From positions 28,690 through 92,689 of the forward strand of contig CAZYFS010000001.1 in assembly GCA_964647465.1 (NCBI GenBank): a stretch of DNA of 64,000 bases, given 5' to 3'. The DNA is from an uncultured Candidatus Saccharibacteria bacterium (GTDB lineage Bacteria; Patescibacteriota; Minisyncoccia; Minisyncoccales; UBA1441). The position numbers and the translations under genes were made by a program. Positions 10,916-20,654 of the stretch are shown here, one piece after another. The notes beneath the pieces are model-generated. The model was not told where the DNA came from, did not search any database, and saw only the letters and a list, made by a program, of their open reading frames with translations. How positions within the stretch are numbered: the stretch's first letter is position 1; every line of letters begins with the position of its first letter.

Positions 10916-12250
10916 TTAATTTTGCTTTTCTACTGAAATGATTTGGAAAATGTTCGTTGAGAGATCGACGATTTTCAAGCGCGATTGTTTCATTGAATCA
11001 CGATCGCGACATGTAACTGTCCCATCTTCTAAACTCTGAAAATCAACTGTAATAGCTAAAGCAGTCCCTATCTCATCCTGCCTACGATAGCGACGCCCAA
11101 TAGAACCTCCTTGGTCATATTGACAACGGAATTGCAAGCGAAGTTTATTGTAAATTTCTTTTGCTTTTTCGACTAGGGCCGGATTATTTTTCGCTAACGG
11201 AAGAATAGCAACCTGAACGGGAGATAGACTTGGTTGAAAATGTAGATAAATTTCTGTTTTTTGTTTAGAATTTTCTCCTCTGCCACCTTCTACTTTCTCG
11301 TAAACATCGCAAAGCAAAGCAAGAAAAGTCCTTTCTACACCAACCGATGTTTCAATAACATAGGGGATGTGATTTGATTGATTCTCGGGATCCTTAAGGG
11401 ATAGTTCTTTTTGGCTCTGGCGAGAGTGATTTGATAAATCAAAATTTCCGCGATCATGAATCCCTTCAATTTCTCGCCATCCAAATGGAAAATGATACTC
11501 AATATCGACTGCTCGACGAGCATAATGAGCCAACTCATCCTTGCCTGTTTCTTTAAAACGCAAGTTCTCTGCTTTAATCCCTAAATCGATGAACCATTGC
11601 ATTCTTTGTTCTTTCCAGTAGTCAAACCATTTTTTTGTCTCTCCTTCCGAACAGAACCATTCCATTTCCATTTGCTCAAATTCTCGTGTTCGATAGATAA
11701 AATTCTTTGGATTAATTTCGTTGCGAAAAGCTTTCCCAATTTGGATTATACCGAAAGGAACATCTAAGCGCATCGTGTTTACTACGTTCAGAAAATTAAT
11801 AAATATTCCTTGGCAAGTTTCTGGTCGCAAATAAGCAGGGGATTGTTTGTCTTCTGCTGGACCAATAAAAGTCTTCATCATTAAATTAAACTCCCTTGGG
11901 TCAGTTAGCTCTCCTTCGCATTCCGGACAACGACCGTCAATCATTTCCTCTTCCTTAAAGCGATGATGGCACTTTTTGCATTCTACTAAACGATCAGCAA
12001 AGCCACTTCCCAAATGACCAGAGGCTTCCCATACCTTGGGATTCAAAACGATAGAAGTATCAATTTCGGCGATCGACAATTTTTTCTTTGTCATATCTTG
12101 GCGCCAAGCTTCTTTAAGATTGCGCTTTAAAATAACGCCGAGCGGGCCATAATCATAGCTTGCTCCAAATCCTCCGTAAATTTCTGAAGAAGGAAAAACA
12201 AAGCCCCGTCGTTTACTTAGGGAAATAATTTCTTGGATTATATCTGTCAT
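10916..12250 (-). CDS. glyQS: glycine--tRNA ligase (dimeric class II type)
   Basis: 444 aa. MTDIIQEIISLSKRRGFVFPSSEIYGG... N-terminus typical of GlyQS, class II motifs, and a Zn-ribbon insertion CKKCHH...CPEC. Confidence 0.9.
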   Translation of the reverse strand: MTDIIQEIISLSKRRGFVFPSSEIYGGFGASYDYGPLGVILKRNLKEAWRQDMTKKKLSIAEIDTSIVLNPKVWEASGHLGSGFADRLVECKKCHHRFKEEEMIDGRCPECEGELTDPREFNLMMKTFIGPAEDKQSPAYLRPETCQGIFINFLNVVNTMRLDVPFGIIQIGKAFRNEINPKNFIYRTREFEQMEMEWFCSEGETKKWFDYWKEQRMQWFIDLGIKAENLRFKETGKDELAHYARRAVDIEYHFPFGWREIEGIHDRGNFDLSNHSRQSQKELSLKDPENQSNHIPYVIETSVGVERTFLALLCDVYEKVEGGRGENSKQKTEIYLHFQPSLSPVQVAILPLAKNNPALVEKAKEIYNKLRLQFRCQYDQGGSIGRRYRRQDEIGTALAITVDFQSLEDGTVTCRDRDSMKQSRLKIVDLSTNIFQIISVEKQN

Positions 12251-12259
12251 AAAGATAGA

Positions 12260-13912
12260 TTATTCTTCTTTTGATAGTTGAAAAAATTCACTCGGGGAAG
12301 CCGTACTCACCCTCTCAACGGCTGAAGCAGTGCCACTAATAACCTTTTCTGTCCATTGATCTTTTCCTCTTACTTCCGATTCGCTTATGAATGAATTATC
12401 CACATCCTCTTCTTCTTCGGGCGTAAAGGAAACCTGAAAAACAATTAATGCTTTCTGCTCGGGATCTAATGTTCCCGCCTCCCAATTAAGCCGATTTCCT
12501 ACGACATTATAAGTTAATTTATTCTTCTCTTCTTTGGGAAAAATTTCTCCAGTTAATTCAGCTCCTTCTGGTAAAGATGCTCCGACCCAAATATCTTTTA
12601 CTTGATTGTAGTTATTTTCTATCTGCCAAAGAACCCCATAGGTTGTCTTTTCTCCTAAGGAAAAAGGAATTGGCCCGCTATTCTGGAAAAATTCTCCTTC
12701 TTGATAAACTTTCTGCGTTAACTGTAATTGAGAATTAATCTTTGTCGAAAATACCTTTCTTACTTGCCCAATTTCAATGGCGCTATCGACAACGGGATTT
12801 TGACTGCTAATTGGCCAACTTTCTTTTAGATCAACCCAGAATTCCACCATCCCTTCTTCCTCTGCATCAAGAAACTTTAATTCTGGAACTGTCTTCCAAT
12901 CCCAAAGAATTGTGTTGTCTCCTGGATAATAATTCCCACTAGAAGACTTTAGGGTTATTAAATCAAATTGATCTCCTTCGAGTCGAATGGTTAAGAACTG
13001 TTTCTCGATTGGAATTTCGCTAACATTACGAAAAAAGACCTGATAGTGAAGAAGATCCTCTGGGTTAGCTACGTAATTTAGAGAATTGTTAATCTGTTGA
13101 GAAATATAGATAGGGGAATAAGCAATCTCCACCCTTTGACTGACGTCTTTCAAGATAATAAACTTATCCTCAATCCATATTCCGAATTGAGCCTGTAAGA
13201 ACATTTCTGTTTCATTTTCCTGATTAGATTTTCCTATCATTTTAATCCGCCCTCCGTTACGTCCAATCAGAGTAGGAATTGACCATTCTCCTTTCTCCAT
13301 TCCTTGTGGCTCACTTTCTAACACTTCTAATCCCTCTGTTCGATTTAATTTAATTCCTAGATTCGAAATGGCTTGGTCAAGATAGGAAGAATAATCGAGA
13401 GAAAACTGAAATTCTTGAGATGGGCCAACTGATTTTGGTAAACTGAATTCAAAAGTAAAAGGAACTGACTGAATAGAGGTCGCTAATTCTGTCTCTGAGG
13501 TGTAATGAGCCTTTAATCCCTTAAGCCTATAATTCACTTCGGCCTTAGCGACAACTATTTCTTCTTTTTGACCAAAAAGCTTCCCTCTGAAACGAAAAAT
13601 CTTTTCCTGCCCTGGATAAATATCTTCTGCCAGTTCTTGACGATAAATTAAAACGGCTGGTTCGATAGCCTGGGCCTGGGAAGGAAAACGAAAAATTAAC
13701 TCCGGATAGACAAGAGTAGTTGCTCCTTCGTTGCGACACTTCAACACGTATTCTACTTCTTGGCCAGCCTGAATTGATTCTGGCCCCAAAAGCTGAAGAA
13801 CCAAATCTCCTTTAGAAGAGGCGTTCCTTTGATAGAACCAAGCTGCTACTCCAGCTGTCGCAACAAAGAGAACAAGAACTATTATTAAAAAAACTTTTTT
13901 AACTTGAGACAT
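12260..13912 (-). CDS. hypothetical N-terminally anchored secreted protein (550 aa)
   Basis: Single N-terminal hydrophobic anchor (KVFLIIVLVLFVATAGVAAWFY), then a long beta-rich-looking domain and a C-terminal acidic/Ser-rich tail. No recognisable motif. Confidence 0.4.
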   Translation of the reverse strand: MSQVKKVFLIIVLVLFVATAGVAAWFYQRNASSKGDLVLQLLGPESIQAGQEVEYVLKCRNEGATTLVYPELIFRFPSQAQAIEPAVLIYRQELAEDIYPGQEKIFRFRGKLFGQKEEIVVAKAEVNYRLKGLKAHYTSETELATSIQSVPFTFEFSLPKSVGPSQEFQFSLDYSSYLDQAISNLGIKLNRTEGLEVLESEPQGMEKGEWSIPTLIGRNGGRIKMIGKSNQENETEMFLQAQFGIWIEDKFIILKDVSQRVEIAYSPIYISQQINNSLNYVANPEDLLHYQVFFRNVSEIPIEKQFLTIRLEGDQFDLITLKSSSGNYYPGDNTILWDWKTVPELKFLDAEEEGMVEFWVDLKESWPISSQNPVVDSAIEIGQVRKVFSTKINSQLQLTQKVYQEGEFFQNSGPIPFSLGEKTTYGVLWQIENNYNQVKDIWVGASLPEGAELTGEIFPKEEKNKLTYNVVGNRLNWEAGTLDPEQKALIVFQVSFTPEEEEDVDNSFISESEVRGKDQWTEKVISGTASAVERVSTASPSEFFQLSKEE

Positions 13913-13947
13913 AAAAACGTAAGTAAAATAATTTAATTGCCTTTTTA

Positions 13948-14679
13948 TTATACCGCAAAAGACCTTTGTCTTAAACTAAAAAAGTCTAAGTGCTTTTGAG
14001 ATATTTTAGTAAGATTTTCTTGATTTTTTTGACTAATTTTCAATTTTCGAAATATTTCTTTTTCTCCTCCCAAAATAAGACGTAAGATTTTAATCGTTTC
14101 TAAATCAATTCTTTCTCCTGCAATATCTCTCTTATTCTGGAAACATTCCGGGCAAACTAAGCCAATCTGAGGAACCATATAATAAAAGGAAGCCAAGGAA
14201 GATTGACAATAAACACATCGATCAAGAGGCGGATGATCTCCCAGTTGCTTTAATAAACTCCAGAGAAAAAAATGATAAAAACGTTGATTTTGATTTTTGG
14301 CTCTAGCTAGTTGAGAAAGACTCTCTCTAATCAAAACAAAAATCGATTCATCTATAAATTCTAAAGGAAGGAGGAGGTCTAAAGATGTTACTATTTTCTG
14401 GGCTGTTTGAAGTTTTTGCCAGTCCCGAGAGAAAGAAGAAAAGTTATCTTTGGCCTTGGTCGTCGTCAAAATGTAATTTCTTTTCCCTTTAATGAAACTA
14501 ATTTCTGTCCAATAAAACAATTCTATTCCTGCTCGTAATTTTGAAAGTATTTTTCTTTCTCCTTTTGCCAAAAGCTCTATTTTCCCATATTTATCTGTAA
14601 AAACAGTAAATAGGCGATCTGCCTCTCTTCTGTCTCTTCGATTAAGAACAATAGCTTCCGCTTGATATTCTTCAAGCAT
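13948..14679 (-). CDS. recO: DNA repair protein RecO
   Basis: 243 aa. N-terminal OB-fold region (AIVLNRRDRREADRLFTVFT) and a C-terminal C4 zinc motif CVYCQS...CPEC. RecO-like. Confidence 0.8.
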   Translation of the reverse strand: MLEEYQAEAIVLNRRDRREADRLFTVFTDKYGKIELLAKGERKILSKLRAGIELFYWTEISFIKGKRNYILTTTKAKDNFSSFSRDWQKLQTAQKIVTSLDLLLPLEFIDESIFVLIRESLSQLARAKNQNQRFYHFFLWSLLKQLGDHPPLDRCVYCQSSLASFYYMVPQIGLVCPECFQNKRDIAGERIDLETIKILRLILGGEKEIFRKLKISQKNQENLTKISQKHLDFFSLRQRSFAV

Positions 14680-14681
14680 CG

Positions 14682-17600
14682 TTAGTTTTGATTAATGCCC
14701 AACCAGATTTCTTTCGAATTAATCTTTAGGTTTTTTTGAGCCAAAAGCTTTCCCTTGGCTTGAGACTTGCTAACAATCATTTCCGCTCGATTCTCTTCTA
14801 GAATTAAATCTCGAGAATCATCAATTAGTTTTTCTATTTCTGGGGTTCCTTGAATATAAAGAGTAATCCGGTGTGAGGCCTTCAGCCCTCCATCTTTTCT
14901 TAGCATTTGCACGGCGTGAATAATTTCCCTCAAAGATCCTTCCTTCCTTAACTGAATAGAAATTTTCTTTTTTAATCCAATTTGAATATTATTGTCTTCT
15001 CCTGTTTCCCAATCGTCATCCTCCGTTAATTTGGCAAAAACTATCTGCTTAATATTTAATTCTTCTTTTAGTAAAGCGACTGCTTCTTTGCTTAGTTTCT
15101 TTTCTTCTAAATTGCCTATCCTTAATTCCGACAAAGGTTGCCGAATTTTAATTCCCGCTTGCGCTCTCAGTTTGAGTCCTAGGCTAGCTATTTGCATAAT
15201 CATTTTCATTTCTTCTTCTATCGATTCGTTGATTAGAGATAGATTTGCCTTTGGATAATCGGTAAGATGAACAGAAACAGGAAAAGAGTCTTTGGTTTTT
15301 TTTATTAAGCTACTATAGATACTCTCGCCCAAAAAAGGAAGAAAGGGAGCTATCATCTGACTTAGCTTAAACAAAACACTTCCTAAAACTTGCGAGACTT
15401 CTTCTCTTTCCGAAGGAAAAGAACTCTGGAATCTATTTCGCGAACGACGAATATACCAATTCGATAAATCGTCGATGAAAGAAATAAATAATCTCGTTGC
15501 CCTTCCTACTTGATATTGTTCCATTTCCTCTGTCACCTGCTTGTTGATTTTGTTAAGACGAGAAAGAATCCAGCGATCTAAAATGTTTTTAGGCGATTGA
15601 ACCGAAGAAATAAAATCTCCCTCTGGATAAGTTTCGTAATAAGAAAAACAGTGCCAAAGAGTTAGGATGCTTTTTCGGAAGATTTCTTTAATTCCTTCTT
15701 CAGAAACAGAGAAATTGTTTCCCATTGGAGAATTCGTTAATAGGAAAAATCTTAGAGTATCTGCTCCGTACTTTTCTAAGACTAGATTAGGATCAACATA
15801 ATTCTTTAAATGCTTAGAAAGTTTTTGCCCTCCTTCGCCAACAATCAATCCATTGACGATGACATTCCGAAAAGCAGGGAGATTTTCCCCGAAACCAATA
15901 TCTTTCAAGGTTAAAGCTGTTGATAAAACATTCAAGGTATAAAACCAACCTCTTGTTTGATCGATTGCTTCAGCAACAAAATCAGCCGGGAACATGCTCT
16001 CTGTCAGGGCTTTATTCTTAAACGGATAATGATCTTGAGCATAGGGCATAGATCCCGACTCAAACCAACAATCAAAAACATCTGTAATCCTTGTCATTAC
16101 TTCTCCTTGAGGAGAATAAAATTTAATTTCATCGATATAAGGACGATGAAAATCAAGCACTCCTTCGGAATTATAAGGAAATAAATTGAATTTCCATGAT
16201 CGTAATTCCGCTGTTTTTAAATCTTGTTCCGGTGGCATTTCGCTTATTTCCTCTTGGGTCAATCCTTGACTCGCTGCTTCTAATGAATTAAAAACTCCTC
16301 TGTGACTAATAATTAGAATATTTTTCTTTTTATATTGTTGATCAATTTTCTTGAGAAAATCAAAAGCTCTTTTCTTAACTTGATTTCCTGTTTCTCCTCC
16401 ATTCGGCGAACGTGTTAATTTCTCTAGCTCAGAATTATAAAAAGCATAGTATTTTTCGAGAGATTCTTCCTCAAAAACTCCATGTTTAATTTCGCTTATT
16501 TCCGAAAAAAGACCTAAATGGAGATTAAGTGCTTTGCTAATTATTTCCGCAGTTTCTTTAGCTCGCAAAACATCTGACGCAATAATTATATCTATTTTCT
16601 TCTGCTTAAGAACCGGAATTAAATCTTCTATCTGCTTTCTTCCTTCGTTAGTGAGAGGATGTTTATCTTTCGCCGAAGAAACTAAATGCTTAACATTGCT
16701 TTCAGCTTGCCCATGACGAAGCAGCCAATAATGATTCGTTGTAAAAAGTTGTTTACGCAAATCTTCTCGGGATCCAATTACTTCTATCTCTTTTTGGGTC
16801 TCAGAAAACCAAACAGGAAGAGGTGCTCCCCAATACCGACTACGAGAAATTGACCAATCTTTTGCTCCAGCCAACCATTTCCCGAAACGCCCATCTTTTA
16901 GATGAGAAGGAACCCAGTTAATTTTTTGATTATTGGCTACTAATTGTTTCCTGAATTTCTCCACGGCGATATACCAACTATCTATAGGGTAATAGATTAA
17001 ACGGGTATCACAACGCCAACAGAAAGGATAGCTATGAGAAATTGTTTCCTTTTTCCATAACAGTCCTTTTTTTTGCAAATCCTCGACCATCTTTTCGCTT
17101 GCTGCCCAAACAGACTCTCCTTCTCCGGGAAGAGATAATCCATCTTTTATTTTTCCTCCAGCATCAACCGTTATTTTTGTAGACAAACCTTCTTTTTGAC
17201 CAAGGATCATATCGTCTTCCCCGAAAGCCGGAGCAATATGAACTAAGCCAGTTCCTTCCTCCATTGTCACCCATTCTGCTCCAACAATCCGATAATCATC
17301 TTTGCGCAAAGGAGCAATTTCATAAAGAGGCTTATATTTCTGCCCTAATAATTTTTCGCCTTTGAACTGTTCAATTATCTCGTATTCTTGATCGACGAGA
17401 AGTTCTTTTCTTGTTAAAGCAAGAATATAGCAATCCTTCCTTATCTTAACCTTAATATAGTCTTCCTCGGGATTAACGGCGACCCCAGTATTTGCTGGAA
17501 TAGTCCAAGGGGTAGTAGTCCAAACCAAAAGATAGGTTGAGGGATCTTTTTCAAGAGACACTTTGAAATAGATTGTCTCGTCCGCCTGATCTTGATAGGC

Positions 17601-18209
17601 TCCTGGCTGATTTAATTCAAAATTAGAAAGGGGCGTTCCGCAATGAGGACAATAGGGGGTGACTCGATAATCTTTATAGATAAGGTCTTGTTTATAAAGT
17701 TGCTTAAAAACCCACCAAACTGATTCAGTATAATCACTAGTTAAAGTTGCATAATGATTTTCATATTCTCCCCATCTTCCTATGCGTCGAAGAATTTTTT
17801 CAAAAGTAGCAAGATGACGAAAAACTAATTTCCGACAAGTTTCATTAAACTTTCCTATTCCTATTTTTTCAATATCCGTCTTGTCTTTAATTTTTAGTTC
17901 TGCTTCGGCTAAATTTTCAACTGGGAGGCCATGACAATCCCAACCAAAACGACGAGGAGCATAAAATCCTTTCATTGTCCAAAATCGTAGAACAGCATCC
18001 TTGATTGTAGAAGGAAGGAGATGACCATAATGAGGTTCACCTGTCGCAAAAGGAGGGCCATCATAAAAACTAAAATGAGGGCTCTTTTTTCTTTGCTCTA
18101 AGCTTTGTTCAAAAATTTTATTCTCTTTCCAGAATTTTAGAACTGATTTTTCTTTTTTTGAAAAATTAATATCCATAATTTTGAAATTACATTTTTTTAG
18201 GCGCTTCAA
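14682..18209 (-). CDS. ileS: isoleucine--tRNA ligase with an inserted PGAM-like histidine phosphatase domain
   Basis: 1175 aa. HYGH (HIGH), KLSKH (KMSKS), CP1 editing region, WSISRSRYWGAPLPVW and DVFDCWFESGS landmarks. Between these two landmarks lie about 200 extra residues with LLRHGQAESN...SDVLRAKETA...ISHRG, the histidine phosphatase signature. The likely start is the ATG at 18176-18178 (MDINFSKKEK...) rather than 18209. Confidence 0.9.
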   Translation of the reverse strand: MKRLKKCNFKIMDINFSKKEKSVLKFWKENKIFEQSLEQRKKSPHFSFYDGPPFATGEPHYGHLLPSTIKDAVLRFWTMKGFYAPRRFGWDCHGLPVENLAEAELKIKDKTDIEKIGIGKFNETCRKLVFRHLATFEKILRRIGRWGEYENHYATLTSDYTESVWWVFKQLYKQDLIYKDYRVTPYCPHCGTPLSNFELNQPGAYQDQADETIYFKVSLEKDPSTYLLVWTTTPWTIPANTGVAVNPEEDYIKVKIRKDCYILALTRKELLVDQEYEIIEQFKGEKLLGQKYKPLYEIAPLRKDDYRIVGAEWVTMEEGTGLVHIAPAFGEDDMILGQKEGLSTKITVDAGGKIKDGLSLPGEGESVWAASEKMVEDLQKKGLLWKKETISHSYPFCWRCDTRLIYYPIDSWYIAVEKFRKQLVANNQKINWVPSHLKDGRFGKWLAGAKDWSISRSRYWGAPLPVWFSETQKEIEVIGSREDLRKQLFTTNHYWLLRHGQAESNVKHLVSSAKDKHPLTNEGRKQIEDLIPVLKQKKIDIIIASDVLRAKETAEIISKALNLHLGLFSEISEIKHGVFEEESLEKYYAFYNSELEKLTRSPNGGETGNQVKKRAFDFLKKIDQQYKKKNILIISHRGVFNSLEAASQGLTQEEISEMPPEQDLKTAELRSWKFNLFPYNSEGVLDFHRPYIDEIKFYSPQGEVMTRITDVFDCWFESGSMPYAQDHYPFKNKALTESMFPADFVAEAIDQTRGWFYTLNVLSTALTLKDIGFGENLPAFRNVIVNGLIVGEGGQKLSKHLKNYVDPNLVLEKYGADTLRFFLLTNSPMGNNFSVSEEGIKEIFRKSILTLWHCFSYYETYPEGDFISSVQSPKNILDRWILSRLNKINKQVTEEMEQYQVGRATRLFISFIDDLSNWYIRRSRNRFQSSFPSEREEVSQVLGSVLFKLSQMIAPFLPFLGESIYSSLIKKTKDSFPVSVHLTDYPKANLSLINESIEEEMKMIMQIASLGLKLRAQAGIKIRQPLSELRIGNLEEKKLSKEAVALLKEELNIKQIVFAKLTEDDDWETGEDNNIQIGLKKKISIQLRKEGSLREIIHAVQMLRKDGGLKASHRITLYIQGTPEIEKLIDDSRDLILEENRAEMIVSKSQAKGKLLAQKNLKINSKEIWLGINQN

Positions 18210-19764
18210 TCCCCATTAGAGCTAAGCTCTGACGAAGAATGTTTTGTGTCAATAAAAGCAACTGACAGCGACTCGCTCGAAGACTAGGCTCTACTCTAAC
18301 AACAGGACAATCTCTATAAAATTGATGGAAATCCTGAGCTAAACGATAAGCATATTGAGGTAATCTTTGAATTTGATAATCCCTACTTATTTCTTGGACA
18401 ATTTCTGGATAATGAAATAATTGTTTCATTAAGGCTATCTCGCTGGGATTATCAAGAAGATTAAAATTAATTCTAGCTGATTTTTCCTGCTCATCAATCT
18501 TTTGAAGGATGCTGTTAATTCTAGCGTGAGCATATTGAATATAATAAACTGGATTCTCAGAGGATTTTTTCACCGCTAAGTCGAAATCAAAATCGAGATG
18601 AGAACCAGATCTCCGATTTAAGAAAAAGAATCTAGCCGCATCGTTGCCAACTTCTTCTACTAATTCGAGAAGGGTAATATAGGAGCCACTTCTTTTTGAC
18701 ATCTTAACTGTTTTTCCTTTTTTGATAATCCGGACCATTTGAACAATAATGACCTCGAGCTGAGAAGATTTGTAACCAAGCGCCTGAAGACCAGCTTTGA
18801 CGGGCTTAATGTGCCCATAATGATCGGCTCCCCAAATATCAATTACTTTGTCGAATCCTCTCTGGAATTTTTCCTGATGATAGGCAATATCTACAGCAAG
18901 ATAAGTTTTTTCGCCAGAAGATTTTATCATTACCCTATCTTTATCATCTCCAAATTGACTAGTCGCCAACCACCAAGCTCCTTCTTTTTGATAAACTAAT
19001 TTTGCTTTTTTTAAGCCTTGAATTACTTCCTCCACTTTCCCTTGGCGATAAATATCTTTTTCCGAAAACCAAACATCAAAATTGATGCCTATTTTCCGGA
19101 GAGCCGGCTTAATCATGTCATTTAATATAATTTTCGCCGCTTCGGTTCCAACCAAGCCTGGATCTTTTTCGTCCTTAAATCGACTTCTTAATTTTTCTAT
19201 ATAATCCCCCTTATAAACAATTGGTTCTTTTCCTAAAACCGAACGACCCAATTGAAGAATTTGCTGCCCGGCATCATTTACATAGTACTCTCGACTTACT
19301 TCAAATCCAGAAGTCGATAAAATATTAGCCAATACATCGCCAATAAAACCACCACGTCCATTTCCTAGTGTCAGCGGTCCAGTTGGATTTGCAGAAACAA
19401 ATTCGATTTGTATTCGAGGAGAACTTTTCCCTTTAAACAGGTTCGTATCGAAATTACCGCCCTCACTAACCTTGGTTAGTTGCTGATTTAAGAAGAATTG
19501 CGTTAAAGTAAAATTGATAAATCCTGGAGCAACCGCCTCAACTCGAAAGTCTTCGCTTTGATTAAAGGCTTTCGCCATTTTTTGAGCTAATTCCAAAGAA
19601 GGAATATTCTCTTCCTTTCCGACTATTAAGGCAAGATTCGTCGCATAATCTCCTTGTTCAGAATAACGCAAAGACTGAACCTCCCAATTCTTATTTGTAA
19701 AAGGTAATTTCTTCTTTCCTATCTCTCGTTGAATATGTTTAATAATTTCTTCTTTTATTGTCAT
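18187..19764 (-). CDS. argS: arginine--tRNA ligase
   Basis: 525 aa. N-terminal Arg-tRNA-binding domain, class I core (SANPTGPLTLGNGRGG), C-terminal DALR anticodon-binding region, and the MSK motif. Confidence 0.9.
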   Translation of the reverse strand: MTIKEEIIKHIQREIGKKKLPFTNKNWEVQSLRYSEQGDYATNLALIVGKEENIPSLELAQKMAKAFNQSEDFRVEAVAPGFINFTLTQFFLNQQLTKVSEGGNFDTNLFKGKSSPRIQIEFVSANPTGPLTLGNGRGGFIGDVLANILSTSGFEVSREYYVNDAGQQILQLGRSVLGKEPIVYKGDYIEKLRSRFKDEKDPGLVGTEAAKIILNDMIKPALRKIGINFDVWFSEKDIYRQGKVEEVIQGLKKAKLVYQKEGAWWLATSQFGDDKDRVMIKSSGEKTYLAVDIAYHQEKFQRGFDKVIDIWGADHYGHIKPVKAGLQALGYKSSQLEVIIVQMVRIIKKGKTVKMSKRSGSYITLLELVEEVGNDAARFFFLNRRSGSHLDFDFDLAVKKSSENPVYYIQYAHARINSILQKIDEQEKSARINFNLLDNPSEIALMKQLFHYPEIVQEISRDYQIQRLPQYAYRLAQDFHQFYRDCPVVRVEPSLRASRCQLLLLTQNILRQSLALMGIEAPKKM

Positions 19765-19829
19765 TAGCTTTAGTTTATCAATTTATTAACCAAATATCAA
19801 AAAAAAGAGAATATGTTAAAATAAAAACA

Positions 19830-20297
19830 ATGAAGATTCTTGCCGGAAATAAAAGAGCTTATTTCGATTATGACATCCAGGAAAAATTAGAAGCTGGGAT
19901 CGTTTTAACTGGGGCAGAAGTCAAATCGGCAAAACTGAAAAGAGTGGGACTAAAAGGATCCTATGTTATTCCATCGCTTACTGGAGAAATGACATTGATT
20001 AATGCAACCATTTCCCCTTATCAGGTCCGTAACACCCCAACCGATTATGATCCTCGTCGTCCTCGTAAATTACTATTAAAGAAAAAAGAAATCAGTTTTC
20101 TCATCGGAAAAGGGAAGCAAAAAGGCTTGACGTTGGTCCCCTTAAGAATGTATACTAAGCACAATCTAATTAAGATCGAAATTGGACTAGGACGAGGAAA
20201 GAAAAAATTCGACAAAAGAGCCAAGATTGCAAAGAGAGAAACAGATCGAAAGATAAATAGAGCACTTAAAGGGAAAGGGGATGAAGGGCTTCGATAG
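19830..20297 (+). CDS. smpB: SsrA-binding protein SmpB
   Basis: MKILAGNKRAYFDYDIQEKLEAGIVLTGAEVKSAK... is canonical SmpB. The start at ATG 19830 is preferred over the track start at 19758. The CDS 3' end overlaps the predicted tmRNA 5' end. Confidence 0.9.
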   Translation: MKILAGNKRAYFDYDIQEKLEAGIVLTGAEVKSAKLKRVGLKGSYVIPSLTGEMTLINATISPYQVRNTPTDYDPRRPRKLLLKKKEISFLIGKGKQKGLTLVPLRMYTKHNLIKIEIGLGRGKKKFDKRAKIAKRETDRKINRALKGKGDEGLR

Positions 20298-20605
20298 AGA
20301 TTCTAATCAAAACAGTTCAGGCTAAGGTGTTAGTTCCTTATAAAACTACTAACAAACAAAATCTGTTGATTCTGTTGCAGGCCTCGAGCCTGCCCTTGCT
20401 TACGCTTAATCTTTAAGCGTTCGCGTTCTCGCCGCCGATTCCCGATAAGCGGAACGAGGACTTATATTTCGGGAAATCAGTTCTTTAAGACGATAAATGC
20501 TTTTGCTTGATTCTTTGATTTATCGTTCTTACTTAATCAAGCTAAGTCTGTAAAAGTTGTTTTGCATTAATTTCTAGACGTGGGTTCAATTCCCGCCATC
20601 TCCAC
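20277..20605 (+). ncRNA. ssrA: tmRNA (ssrA)
   Basis: It lies immediately downstream of smpB. The 5' end GGGGATGAAGGGCTTCGAT matches the tmRNA 5' consensus (GGGGcUGauucUGGaUUCGAC). The 5' GGGGATG pairs with the 3' CATCTCC (7 bp, one G-U) to form a tRNA-like acceptor stem. T-arm: GTGGG-TTCAATT-CCCGC. Discriminator A follows, and CCA is not fully encoded. Candidate tag ORF at 20377-20409: GCA GGC CTC GAG CCT GCC CTT GCT TAC GCT TAA, giving (A)GLEPALAYA. Confidence 0.8.
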
Positions 20606-20654
20606 TAGTAAATTTATTTATTTATTTATAAAAAAAATAACGGAGGAAAATCAA

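Noticed and set aside
20580-20654. Track-defined 5' extension of infC (start at GTG 20580)
   Set aside because: It would overlap the tRNA-like 3' domain of the tmRNA. It encodes a non-conserved peptide and lacks an RBS. The ATA at 20655 with an upstream GGAGG is preferred.
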